A stretch of 64,000 nucleotides of DNA, from positions 10,974,001 to 11,038,000 of the forward strand of contig NC_092672.1 of NCBI RefSeq assembly GCF_964355755.1. The letters are read 5' to 3'. The notes under the pieces were generated by a model. It searched no databases and was not told where the DNA came from. It was given only the letters and a program-made list of their open reading frames with translations. Made by a program: the position numbers and the translations under genes. This document shows positions 17,520-30,900 of this stretch, piece after piece (within the stretch, counting starts at the first letter, position 1; every line of letters begins with the position of its first letter). Source of the stretch: Antedon mediterranea. Lineage: Eukaryota; Animalia; Echinodermata.

Positions 17520-20500
17520 TCAAATTACCTCATTGCCCACAGTTCCCTCTCTCAGTGATTGGGGTCGAAGGGCATCCTTAAGGTCAATGTTTGTTGCCAT
17601 TGGCAACATAGATGGACGACTGTTTTCCCAACCAGCCAAGCAATGCTGTATTAATAAAAAGAAAGAAAGATTAAAAAATAACCGATCAGCAGTGCAGATC
17701 CTGTTCCCCACCACATATTGATTTTTTAGTGGGTCATTTTCCCCCTCACTTTCCAACAGCAAAATCATTAAATTGTTGAAATGAAATAGACAGTAAGAGT
17801 AGACCTATGACGTATCGTTTGTTTTAATTTCAGAAAACACAGTATCTAAGAAGAATAGATTTTGCGTGAATATAACCAGTGGCACATCAGGACCAATTGA
17901 AAAAACCAATGGAAAATTTCACGAAAGGTCAATAACACTGTGTTGTACAATACAGTTGAAACTCTCATAAGAGGAAAACCCTCAGGTCTGGAAAAAGTAT
18001 CCAATTACAGAAGGTGCTGCACATGGGAGGTTCGCTTAATAGAGGGCCACATTTTTTAGCGAGCATATGACTAATAATATTCCATGCATAGCAAGGCATC
18101 TCAATTTTTATGGCATTGCAATTTGTTTATATTATTTACATCATTAACATAATATTGGTTAAAATAAAAAATAATTGTTCCAGATTCTTGATTCAATCAG
18201 TTGGTTCAGAAAATTTTTGTATATGTTTAAATAAAAAAACACTTCTCGGATGCCTCATTGATCCATAACATTTGATCTTACCTGTGAAAGACCTAATGTA
18301 TCCGTTGCATCAAAACTACGTCGTCTGTGAGGGCGCAATTTATATGGTGAGCGTAAGGTTGATCTTGGAATGCTAACTCTAAGAAGAAAAGGGAAGTATT
18401 GTATGTTGGTAATGCTAATATCTGTTAAAATTATGATATTAATTATCTCTTTTCACATTTGCATAAAATGTTACAACTTGTAACCAGGTTTGATCTCTCT
18501 ATTTATTAGATTACACGTTTTCAAACACGCACATACGCGAACTGTAAGAAATTTCTGGAGAAAGCCTGCTATTTTATCACTATGATTTGTCAGTTTAATA
18601 CAGGGCAATACATGAACACACACTAACAATTCAGAACAAAAGAAACAGGCCTCTCGTCGGTGTGTTTCTTTTCAGAGATTTCACAGGTGTCCCTTGGCAA
18701 ATATCAGGAGATTTTTTTACAAACTTGGTTACAATTTGATACTTTTTGCAGGTGTGAAAAGGGTACAAGCCTGCGCCTCTTATAAATTACTAATGACAAG
18801 TTACAGTTTGAATAATTCATTTTTTGTGATTGGTCAAATCACTTGTGGATCCAAGTGGGAACTAAGTTTTATTATTATGAATACCTTATATAAGATGGTG
18901 ATCCTCTCTTGACTTCAGCTGTGCGGGATTCATGGCATATTGGACAAGTGCTCTCTCCTTGTTGGTTGCCATGCACAGGCACAACAAACAGACGGTCATT
19001 TAGAGTATAATTATGCAAACCTTAACAGTAGAAAGAAACCCACACATTATTAAATACTTGCAGTTTAACATACAGAATATGTGTACAGTAATTGGAAAAA
19101 TATATACTGAAGGAATATAGCAATAAATGAATTTAATCATTTAAAATTATGAAAAGGCAACAACGTGAAGAGGACAATTAAATAGACAAAATTAAGCTAT
19201 ATAAAATAAAATTGCATTGTAAAAAGACAATTTATTCATTCAGAGAATTAAATTAATAAACAATATACACAAAAGTCAGATTTCTCTATAGTAATTGTAA
19301 TAATAATAAAATTACTTAATTATTCATCATCATCATTTAATTATTAGAACAATAACAGCAGTGTGAGTGAGGCAATAAAATGTAATACTATAAATCTACT
19401 CTCTCTAATCTGTTACTTAGTATCTCATTCACTGTCCAGTATTAACTTCCTATAAAGTTCAGTGTAATACCTACTGCCTAATTCCTAGATCTGAAACTCA
19501 TAAACAAAACACCTGGGTGAAGATTTTGTGGTTAAATGCAGCATCACTTCACCTAGCAGGACTCTGGAGTTTGCACACACCAAGGCATCAACACTGGTGT
19601 TTGTTCCAGAGACCAAAACATAGGTGGGGGGGGGGGGGGGTTGGTTGGTTGTTGAATATCTAAGTTCACTCTGTATTGTACATTCTCGAAAGGTACCGAT
19701 CTTTAAACGCCAGTGTTATTTTGGGTCAGGAGGTCTTCCTCGACCGAATGTTTATTTATTCATATGGATACATAGTGTGTACAAGATGTATTGTCCCCAA
19801 AAACATGAAAAATAAAGATTAATTAAATCAGACTTTGGATAGGTTATTTTGTAGTTTCAATAAAGTTAATCAATTTCGTAGAAAAAAAATAAAAAAAAAA
19901 TTATTTTTTAACCTATAAGATGACAAAATAATGGTTAAATTCAACCAAAACCCCACTCGCTGGCATCCAATTTGACAATTTTGTGACATGAAAATGGCAT
20001 ATTAAAAAAAGAATGTTTTAAGAATTATTTTTTCACGAGAATACATCTTTAAGGGGTTTTTTGTGCAAAACTTGTAGATTGATTTGAATTGGATATCTAC
20101 AGTATTTGAGTTCTGGTTGATGTGAATGGTACTAGGGATTAGAAGACACTTTAGTGTGTGAAAGGGGTTTATTATTAGTAAGTAGTACGACCTACATTGG
20201 TGTGTGTCTGTTGGATGTGTGATTGTTGGAGTTGGCAATCCTGGAATCGTTGCAGATGACGATCTGTTAAAAAAATACATGGGAAGTTGAACGACTTTTA
20301 AAATCTTACAAAAAAAAACGCTAAAATATAAAACCATTTTTTATTGTTACAAAAGAGGGCAGACTTGTAATTATCTCACATCTGTACTTCGACTTGAGTT
20401 AATATAATCTTCAGATCAACTATATTTTAAACAATATTACATCTCAACCGAAGGACGAGGCAATGAAAATAAAGCATTTTGTCTGTGGATACAAACTATA

Positions 20501-22325
20501 TGACAGACTCGAACACATGTCTCTCAAATGCTTGTCCAATCACTTACCATTATACCACATCACTCTATGTAAAGTTTATATACAGCAACTAATATTCTTT
20601 ATGGTCTCCCTCCCAACCAAGTTTTATATATTAGACCAAATGATGACATCAGACAAGAATGGGTGTTTCAACGTGGGATTGCTGTAAACATTTGCTTGGA
20701 CAAAAATGAAAGTTTGTTAGGTAAAAATAAATTATTAAAACAATACCTGTCCTCTATTTGTCTATAAACACAATCTTCTCTGTTGACTCTGCGAAAATCC
20801 TTCAACTCATCAAAAAAAGCATCTGATCTCTCCGAAATGGTATCTTCTGCATCAAGCAAACCAGCTATCCAATCATAGCCCAGCAACGGTTGGACTCTTC
20901 CACTTTGATCAAGGAGGGATTGACCTGGAGAAGCATCATGCAAGCGAAAACTAACACGGTTCGGTGTCTAAAAAAAGAGGATCACAATTTTAGTATGTAT
21001 GAATGTTAAAAAAGTATTGCATAACATTATTTTTAAAAAAATTAACAATCACAAGCAACTGATTGAAAACCAATTAACAATTATGTTGATGATTTTTTTG
21101 TAACAAGGCCAAAAACCAAAATTGTAAGAAAGAAAAATCTTGCTAAATATTGTAGAAAATTGGTGATCTAACAACTTACCTTTTTTGTTTTGTGACCAGG
21201 CAATAGTATAGACCTTGGGCCTTGTGTCACAGCTTCAGTTCTAACTGGTTTAGGCCGGTTGTTACCAGTATGATCAAGTTGTGCTGTATAGGAATTGTTC
21301 ATAGAATTAGACAACCTTCTTCGCTTCTTCATTTCATTATGGTAATCTAATCGCAGCGCTTCTGAATGAAAGTGTGGGCTACGAGAAAGTCGTAATGATC
21401 TTCTCGGTACAGCAGTATCTTTTTTTTCTACTGAAGAGGAAGATATCTTTTTATTTGGGCTATTTTTAGATCTTATGATTGATTTAGGAGTAGACGTATG
21501 ATGGTGCCACGTAGAACTAGATGTGTTACTGGTTCTTAAAGGCGTAGGGTATGGCCTTTTAGGTCTACGATTTCCACTACCAAAAACCAAATCCTCATTT
21601 TCTTTGATCGTTGAATGTCTTGATAAAATGTTATCTGATTTTCTGAACTTCAGACCAGTTGAATCCAGTTTATGATGGTCAGGAGACTGATTTAAAGTAG
21701 TTCTATCTGGTTTATACTGGTTTGGTATCTTAGTAGTGGTTTCCATTTTATCTCTAGTCCTAGAATGGCCCCTGGACCTGCACGGTGTGGATGTTTTATG
21801 GTTTCTCATAATAACTTGCTCAGATCTCTTATTCTCAAACATTTTCTTGCGTTTTGCACTTGAGCTTTCAGCACTAAAAAAAAGATATTTATAGTAAAAC
21901 TAGTTAAAATGTTTGAAATGTAAACTCAACACTATTTTAAAGTCAATTTTTATCTTTAATAAGATAAAGAAAAAAAGTGGCAAAAAACAGGTTGACTTGT
22001 CACAATAGTTATTAGAATTTGGTAAAATTCATTTAAATTTTATGATTAATTTAAAAAAACACATCATCAACATTGACCAAGCTAGTATAGATAGTAAATT
22101 GATTAGCCAACACATTAATATAAAGAAAAACATTTTAAAATGCTTTTCATCTTGAAATTACTTTTCTTGTTGTCGTCTGCTTCTTTTAGAAGTTGCTTTT
22201 TGTACATTATCTGTAAACTTTGACCTCAACATATTCTGTCTGCTTTGTAGTTGTTGCATTAGGTCTTGGTAGTCATTCCGTAACCCTGTAAGGTCTTCAG
22301 CGTTTGACGCAACATGTTTGTGCAT
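17520..22325 (-). CDS. MIIP: Migration and invasion inhibitory protein (MIIP) homolog
   Basis: Phase-consistent exons 22325-22162, 21873-21180, 20967-20747, 20263-20196, 19020-18885, 18378-18282, 17645-17529. The CDS then either reads through to a stop at 17520 or splices to a terminal exon 16749-16729 (TNDLPS*). Motifs match MIIP: AEDLTGLR..LMQQL, PLLGYDWIAG, FRRVNREDC, HQC..Y.LNDRLF, CPIC, RVSIP, HRRRSFDATDTL, HCLAGW. Confidence 0.9.
19783..20052. mobile_element. MITE family B copy (MIIP intron)
   Basis: aagatgtattgtcccc...gaatacatctttaa; interior is the reverse complement of the 54086 copy. Confidence 0.7.
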
Positions 22326-22339
22326 ATTGTGTTATGCCT

Positions 22340-23487
22340 AACAAAACAAACAATAGATATTTAACATAAATAAAATTGGATTAAAAGTCTCAAAAGACCA
22401 CTCTAATCACTACACTAATTGTCATAAAAGACGCACTGGGCGTTTCATAGAAATTATCGGCGGCTCAACCCTCAACTTGTCGCCGGCCCAACCGGTCATA
22501 TGCCAAATAAGACTAGTGCTAGGCTAGTAGTAAAAACAGGTGCGAAACGGAACTAGCGCCGTAAGTAGGCCTAGCTAGTAGGCTAGAACTAGGCCGAGGC
22601 CAGGCCAGGGCCTAGCCTAGTAGTAGTAGGCTGGGGAGTACTGGCTAGCCTAACTTGTTGCGAAAATATAGAAATAATAAACTTAAAGTACTAGCTAGCA
22701 CTCTTGGCTAGGCCTGTGTTTAATGTCAACTATTTTCCTAGACTGTCTCTAGGCCTAGGTTAATATATGCATGTGATGACCTAAAAACTAAAAAAAAATA
22801 TTACGATTTTCAAAATTCTTCCCCGCGCCGCCACGGTTCTCTTCTATCTCTCTCTCTCTCTCTATCCCAAATTACAACACAACATAAACAAAAGACTGGA
22901 TTGGCTTTCTTGTGTGGGATGGTGCATTTTATTTTAGGTGTATAGAATCCATTAAATATTACAAGAACATTATATGAAAGAGATATGACATTAGAAAATA
23001 CACTTTTATACATTAATAATCAAAATTGCATATTATTTATTACAATAACTAGCTATAGATATTATTGATATTAATTTAAGTAAGGAATTCTCCATTTTTT
23101 AACCTTTTAAATGTACAGAACGGTGTATGTATGACTTTCGTCCACATCACACACAAGAAGGCCACACGACGAATTACAGCCTAGCCTAGCAATATACATT
23201 ATATTATACTAGGCCTATATCAAGTGATTAGTTAATTACTCATAAAGCCCTATTCAATAATTAAATTAGGTTATTCTATCTTTGGCGTTAGGCTAGTTAA
23301 GTGGCCTAGCCCCGGGCTTAGCTTGACTTAACTAGTATTATTAGTAGTAGGCCTAGCCCTACTAGCAGTGTAGTTGGCTAGAGAGCTATCTTACTCTCTC
23401 TAGCACCGCCGACGTCCGCACCCACCCAAAAACGGACAAAACAACCAGTTAGTACAGTATAATAATACAACCAACAAGAGGGATCTC
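22340..23487. promoter_or_regulatory. Putative bidirectional promoter/5' UTR region between MIIP and XXYLT1
   Basis: Divergent start codons 1.16 kb apart; CpG-containing patches; dense TAGGCCTA/GCCTAG motifs on both flanks. Confidence 0.55.
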
Positions 23488-25378
23488 ATGCGTCGTGGTA
23501 CTGGTGAACCGGCCAATAAGTCTAGGCCACAACTCAACAAGGAGAAAGAAGATAAGACAGACAAGAACATGCAGTTTGTTAACAACTCTCGAACACGTCG
23601 TAGTAGACCTAAATCACATGATAACAATTTGTTGGTAAATGTACTACGATGGAAGTTACTTCGTATTTTAATTTTACTGATTGTTGTGTTTATGATATTT
23701 TATGGTATATTTGTTCACACTGGCCCAACAAATTCAAAAGAAATTCATGGGAATGATCGTTTCCTTCCCAATGAGCCAATCAGCTTTGTACACGGAGATC
23801 ACATGGACGTCATACACATAGAGCATAACGTTGGACAAGGCAAAGCTCATGGAATTCAAGAAAATCAGCTACCCAAAGTGCAACAACAAGTACCTCCAAA
23901 TCCAGCACTACATTTCAATCAAGGACAACGTCTACCCAATCAGAATCAATTCATTGCTATCAATGATGTTCCTGGCAATCAAAACCAGAAGATTCAACAA
24001 CAACCTCAAAATGCTGCAAAAGATAGCACTGGAACCGGTGAATATCCATACCATGTGATTCAGAGTTTGACCAACACCGATAAGAGGCCGTACCTTAAGA
24101 CCCGCTTTGAAGAGTGCATGATTTCGATACTTGAGAAGTCATCCGTTAATCTGCATTTCTTCTTTGTAGTGGATACACCCAGCAAGCAAGCTATTCTCGA
24201 CATAATGCAAGATATTACAAATAAGAAAATTGCTCATTCTAAAGTTCAGGTACTGTATTAAGGGTCTTTCACACTTGTTCCACATATCGATTGCGCATGA
24301 AACTTTGATGTTCAATTTGCCGAAACCGTGCAGGAACAGGGGTGAAAGACCCTTTTTAAGGAGTTTCTCCTGAAACACGTAAACCTTATAAACATTATGT
24401 CCACATGCAAGGTCTATACACTGTTTTAATTGATAATCATAAATTTCTAAGTGCGATATATGTTGCTAAATTTTCGTTGTCAAAAACACAAATTACACTT
24501 TCATATAAATATCCATAATTTTCTTTACAAATATTATTTAGTTTCCAAATTTAATGTTCATTTGGTATCCTTCGTTTAACAGTGGTTTGATCACAGAAAA
24601 CTGCCAGAATTTATATCATGCTGCAGTAAAAAATGTATTGTATTATTTTTATAATTGAATTTTTGGATGATAATGAATGCAACTTTATTTATTACAGTTT
24701 AACTTTCTGGACATTGATGAACTTGCAAAAGAGCTTGCACCAATGGTGTCGATGCTGCAGCAACACGTTAGTGGAGGTCATCCCTACTACAAAGACGCCA
24801 TCTTCTTTTTGTCTATTGCCATCCATCAACATGTTATGCCTGAGTACGTCCATCGTCTTGTCATGCTCGACACCGATCTTATTTTTAAAACCGACATAAA
24901 ACAATTATTTGCTTACTTTGACCTTTTTAAAGGAAACAACGTAATAGGAATTGCGCATGAGCAGCAACCGGTGTATCGCCATCTGTTCTCATTATACCGG
25001 TCACAGAATCGTGGAACACTTGTTGGCAATCCACCTCCAAATGGTTTAACCGGATTCAACAGTGGCGTTTTACTTTTGGACTTGGACCGTATGCGGCGGA
25101 ACACCCTTTACCATAAATACTTAGATGGTACAAATTTGAAGTTATTAACAGAGAAATACCATTTCAAAGGTCATTTAGGAGATCAAGATTTCTTCTCGCT
25201 GCTTAGTCTTGAGCATCCAGACTTGTTCCATGTCTTGCCTTGTAGCTGGAACAGGCAGTTGTGTGTATGGTGGCGTGATAAAGGCTACATTGATATCTTT
25301 GACCAGTATTTCAGTTGCCCTGGGAAAATTGATATTTTTCATGGCAATTGTAATACACCCATTCCAAAAACACCTTGA
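23488..25378 (+). CDS. XXYLT1: Xyloside xylosyltransferase 1 (GT8 family, type II membrane protein)
   Basis: Exons 23488-24249 and 24698-25378. N-terminal TM, Q-rich stem, DTD (DxD), GIAHEQQPVYRH, GFNSGVLLLDL, HFKGHLGDQDFF, WNRQLC, HGNC. Confidence 0.95.
24260..24354. mobile_element. Short TIR element (Harbinger-like), family C
   Basis: aagggtctttcacac...gggtgaaagaccctt; the same TIR bounds 60709-60884. Confidence 0.65.
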
Positions 25379-26675
25379 ATATATTATATGTGAAAGAAAG
25401 GTTGTTTTTGTCAGTTAATAGGGAGCTTTCCATTTGACCTTTGACTTATGATGTCATAGTAATTCAATGTGTGCATGCGACCGCAAATTCTATTGAGCCT
25501 TTATTGGATGCATTGTCAAATCTATTTTAGTGGACACCCACTTGAAACAATGCAACATTTCCATTTTTAAGCCCTTAAAACTCTTGAGTCCTGGGTCCTA
25601 CTGTAGGTCGTAGCCTATAGCTCTCTAATAATTACTGTATAAACCAACAGAGCTTTTAATTGTTGGTTTAGGTTTCACTGCACCACTTATTTATTGACGT
25701 CCAGTGTAAAATGGAAGACTGGTTCAATTTACATTAATTAATGTATTATTATGCAATGTTTTACCGTATTATCATTTGTTTTATTCAAAATTTCAGCAAA
25801 TTAATGATAGTTAATAATTTTGTTGAAATGTAGTTTAAACCATAAAATAAATGTCGGAATATATACTAGTGTCCAGTCAGCTCAAATCACCCAACCAATA
25901 TATTTTTCTATTTTAGCAATTAAACCTTCTGTAGTAATAATAATAATTTATTTGGAGATTACACGTTTACAACAGTGGCACTCGACCAAATGGAAGGTGC
26001 ATCCAAAAGAAATGTACAAAAAAAAAAAAAACAACATGATAAAGAAAATAACAATTAGGCCTACAATAAAAAGTCAACATAGGTCAAAATGTCAAAACAA
26101 TTCAACTACAGTAACTACAATACCATTGATAATTAACACTACAGCAGCAGGAAACCCACTGACACCTAAAAATACAAAATTACAAGAAATAGTGTAGTGT
26201 AAGTGACAGTACTTTGTATAGATTGTATTTAAAACAATTAACAAATGTCTGCCCATGTCTTTATGGAAGATTGTTCACATAATATGGATGTTCAACTGAA
26301 ATAATTTCCTTTACCGAATATAGTTCAGGACAATTAATATGAAACGGTAATGAGGACAAAATCTATGTTCTAATGTGCAAAAAAGAATTGCATATTTACA
26401 CAAGTCTACCTTGTTCCTACAGTTTAACTTTTTTTGTTAATACTTATTCGTGTACTACTTAATATATCTAATACATTCCAATTTTTAAATATTTATTGAT
26501 ATAGAATATAATAGAATAATGAGTTTTTAGTTGTATGTAGAATTTGTTTAACTATGTATAGTTTATAGGGGATACTGTTAAATTAGAATAGCTATAATAA
26601 AGCTGGGTGTGGTACTCGACCCATTCGCACTTGGCTCATGTCAATTACAACTCTGAGAATAGTATAATATGTATT

Positions 26676-26830
26676 AAGCTCGTCTACACTATCAAACTTT
26701 ATGAAAAAAAAATGTGATGTGCCTATATATGGACATGTCATATCACTACCATAATTTGGGTATATCACTACCATATTTGGGCACATCACACTTTTTTTGT
26801 CAAACTAGTTTGATAGTGTAAACAGGGCTT
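26676..26830. mobile_element. MITE family A copy 2
   Basis: aagctcgtctacactatcaaact...agtttgatagtgtaaacagggctt. Confidence 0.85.
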
Positions 26831-27962
26831 AAATAAATAAAACCTGAAATAAAATCATGGATTTTCAATTAACCAACATGAAAGAGTGCCAAATTTTAAA
26901 AATGGTCAGACCATTCTTTGTTTTTTTTTTTTTGTCAGTGACTTAAATTCTCTATTCGTTTTGCATTGTGGTTGAGGGAGTTGCACTATATTTAGGTAGG
27001 GTGGTGATTGTATATATTTTATACTGTTAAAATCAAGAATAATATTTTGTTTCAATATAATAAGGCTGAATATAATAATCTGTGTAGTACTACTAAATAA
27101 ATTTACTTGTCAACATTATTTTGTGTATTTTATTTATTTTTTTGAAAATGACAATTTATATAGAGTCAGATTTTCTCTTTTAAAAAACAAACAAACGTAT
27201 TAAACCAACTAAAAGCAGCAAGTTTTAATAGATAAATTTATTATTAACGTTTAAATCATGGTCATGTGATCTACAGTAGGTGACATTAATTACCTTGAAT
27301 GAAAATATTTCAGCAAATTATTAAAAGGACCAATTTTAAATTCCTCAACGTTAGGCGAGCTTCCACTGTATTAACACTATGTCAAGCCATATATTTACCA
27401 AGAGTGACTCTGTTTGTTGCATGGCCCTAGGAAATGTTTTAAAAGATTCTTATCATAAAAAACAAGTTTCCATAGTTTGTAGCCTGGCATTCAAACTGCT
27501 GTGTTTAAAAAAAAACATCTATTTTATTGGCTTTTGTGGCATAAAAAATGAATGCATTCTGCATTATGTAAAACCTGCATTGTTATGTATAAAAGAACAT
27601 ATTTTATTAGCTTTTAAGGGGAAATTTGCATATGAATGACTTATGTAAAACTGCCCTGATATACAGGTAAATTCTGAAGTCACAATGTTACTGTATCCTT
27701 TATACAAATATTAGGAACTTAAAATAAAGTCGCTTTATTATTAGGGACATTAACTTATGAGTACATATCGACTCTTTTGTAAGCAAACTTGAACATTTGC
27801 CAGATTCTAGAACATTATTTGTGGAAAACCCTTTATCAAGTTTAAGAGATGTTATAGTGTACAGTAAACTGAAAAATCCCTAATGTCTGCCTGCCGCTAT
27901 CAGAATTCATTTACACAATTACTGTACAATGGAACTTCCAATTGTATTCATTTATGTATTAA

Positions 27963-30900
27963 CTATCCTTCATAGAATTTAGGCAATTTGTCTCCCAGTA
28001 TTTGTGAACGTTCTACGCCGTCTTTTGAAATGCAAGCTAGACGAACAATTCCACCACTTGACCCATCTCTGAACATCGCAAGAGCCAATGCTGTACATAG
28101 ATAAAAAACAGACAATTTATCTATAGAAAGACTTCATAAACTTGTTTTAATTTATTCCTCCAGTGAACAATTAAATGTAAAACAGATAAAAAAGATGATT
28201 ATATAATAAGGCTTGAAAAAAAATGAAAATTTGTTTTGTTCACCCAAACATAGTGTTTAATCATTGCTTTAACTGATTTTTTAATCACAAATCACATTCA
28301 TATATTCTTGCTGACAAACTGAAATCGTAAAACATATATTTTTCTAATACATATATTCTGACAGTGCTATGCCTTAAATTGTTTACTTTTTTTGTTAAAT
28401 CTTTCCTTTTAATAAAGAATTAATTGCTATATGGTAGTACTCACCATTGGACACAAATTTCAAACACTCTTCTTTGGTCATATTCTCCTTGTATGTGGCG
28501 TCAACGTGACCATAGATGTATGTGCTACCGGAACCACCGATGCTAAACGGTTGTCGTACCATCATACCGCCCAGTGGTACAGTGTAAACCTGGAAAAAAT
28601 AAAGCAAAGCAATTGCAGATGAATGCTAAACGGTTTAGTATATCATCGTACCGGGGTACAGTAAAAACTGGGAAATTCAGAATACCATAACCAATGGCAT
28701 ATATAATGTCACCACACCATACATTAGTATATATATAATAAAGGAATACGTTCCAATGCTAAATGGTTGCTGTAAAAAATGCATTACAGTACAGCGGGTA
28801 CAATATAAACCGAAGAAGAAAAACACCATTCTGTAGTACTTATTAAACCACCAGTTGAATATGCCTACCATTTCAGTTCCAGTACCATAATACTATATAC
28901 TGTAATGAGTAAATAAATAACTTATGGTGCATGGAAGCAACCCATATTGTTGGCAATCTCAGAACTAAGAGACATTCTTTTTAAGTGAGAAATTGTCTTA
29001 GTTTTCTCCCGTATGGTCATTGTCGGGGTACTCCAACTCAGATGTAATAATTAGCTTTCTGATTATCAAAGATGACAAGGTCTGAAGCTCTGTCAACACT
29101 ATCAAACTAGTTTTAAACAATAAAATGTGATGTGCCCAAATATGGTAGTTATATGACATCATTGTCACATTTTTTTGTCACATAAATTTTGATAGTGTAG
29201 AACTTTAACGTTTTCAACTAACTAAAATGGTCACCTTCCACAGTCACACCGCTTTTAATTTATTTATGTTGAATGGTGCATAAGGCCTAAAAAAAAAAAA
29301 AAGTTTGTTTGCTGTCATCCGCCGCCCCTAATTTCGCCAAAAATTTGGGGCGGAGATAAGAAAAAAGTTTCATTTTTACGTTGAGGGCGCTTTAAAAAAA
29401 AAAGTTTTTTAAGAGTTTTTTTGGCCGAAAAGGTGTAAATCGAGTGTGCGAGGATGAAACAATTAAAATAATAACGTACCGTATATTTCGGTGTATAAGT
29501 CGCACTTTTGACACGCAAATTTAACCTCTAAATTAAGGGTTCGTCTTACATACCGAACATAAATGCCTCACCTCACAGATTGTACATATCGTCACCACCT
29601 CGTTGGCTAGGCCAGGGCTTTTTAAGGTATTATTAGGCCTAGTAGTAGTAGTACTAAAGAGTAGGCCTAGCTACAGCGTACTAACGTAACAGCAACCTGC
29701 TTCTGCCTAGTTTTCAAGGCATTTTAGCGTGATGTTGTACTATATGATGAAAAGATTCGCGTACAATTAACAGAGAAATTAACATTAAAAAAAACTTTTT
29801 TCCACCCGCCCCCCCCACCTAAAAAAAAACAAAACTTGACAGCAAACAAACAATTTTTTTGTTAGGCCTAATGTTGATGTGTGTGGAAAAATCAGACAGA
29901 AACAGAGCAATAGCTTTAGCATACCTGGCCCCCATTTTCTTCATCCCAACCTGCAACAATAATTCCAGCTAGTAACTGCTCTCGGTAGTCATAACACAAT
30001 TTTTGGAACAGTGTGGCAGCGGTCTTTACAAGTGGCGGACTTCCCGACTCAATACTGTAAGAAAATAATTATATAAAAAAATTGTAATACTGTAGTAATA
30101 CATTTATTTAAAATTTTAAAAAAGATATATTATTTAATATTATACATGAAACATGCTGAACTTTTTGCAATTTTTTTTTTTGCAAAAAATGTTTAAACTC
30201 AAGTTTATCTTAATCTTACTATGCTGTCGGAATCACCTTAAACATTTTTCTATCAAGTCAATTAAGGACTTACGGAAGTTAGAAAAGCTCTTGAAAAAAG
30301 CAGCAGCTAATATAAACTACTTAAAATATATTATTTGATATATTTATTCGTTTAGTAGTAAGTAATTTGGTAAAAATTGGTTTTCAATATATAAAAGAAA
30401 ATTAAATTCATCCATAAAATCATTTCAGGAAATACTGCTGAAGTCTATCAATATGTAGACACAAATTTTATTAGACTTTGGTGGTGAGAATATTGAAATA
30501 TAGAAAAAAAACCTTTTTGTTATATGTACACAAAGTTTTGTTGCAGCTGCCATGAATATTAGCAACTATAGATGTGATGTAAATAGATGAGAAAAAAAAT
30601 ATTGGGAGAGACTTTATAAAGCCAACCCATAGAGAATTATGTTTACTGTACAATTTCAGAACATAGAGGGTGATATAATCCAAATTTAGAGGTGTTATCT
30701 TAACAAATCTTGGGCATTAGCATAAATTTATAGATTGGCACCAGGCAATTTAAATATGCCGATAATGTGTTTTGTTTCACCTTAGGGCCCAGTAGTAAAG
30801 CCTAAATTGTAAATGTCCTGGTTCTGTCTTTTCACTAACCTGTGGAAGTCTAAGTGATAAGATGCAATGTCTGCCACGGCCTGAGTATCTGCTGCTGAGC

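Noticed and set aside
20620-20681. Extra MIIP exon after acceptor tttacag
   Set aside because: It has stops in all frames shortly downstream; the 20747 to 20263 splice already keeps the frame.
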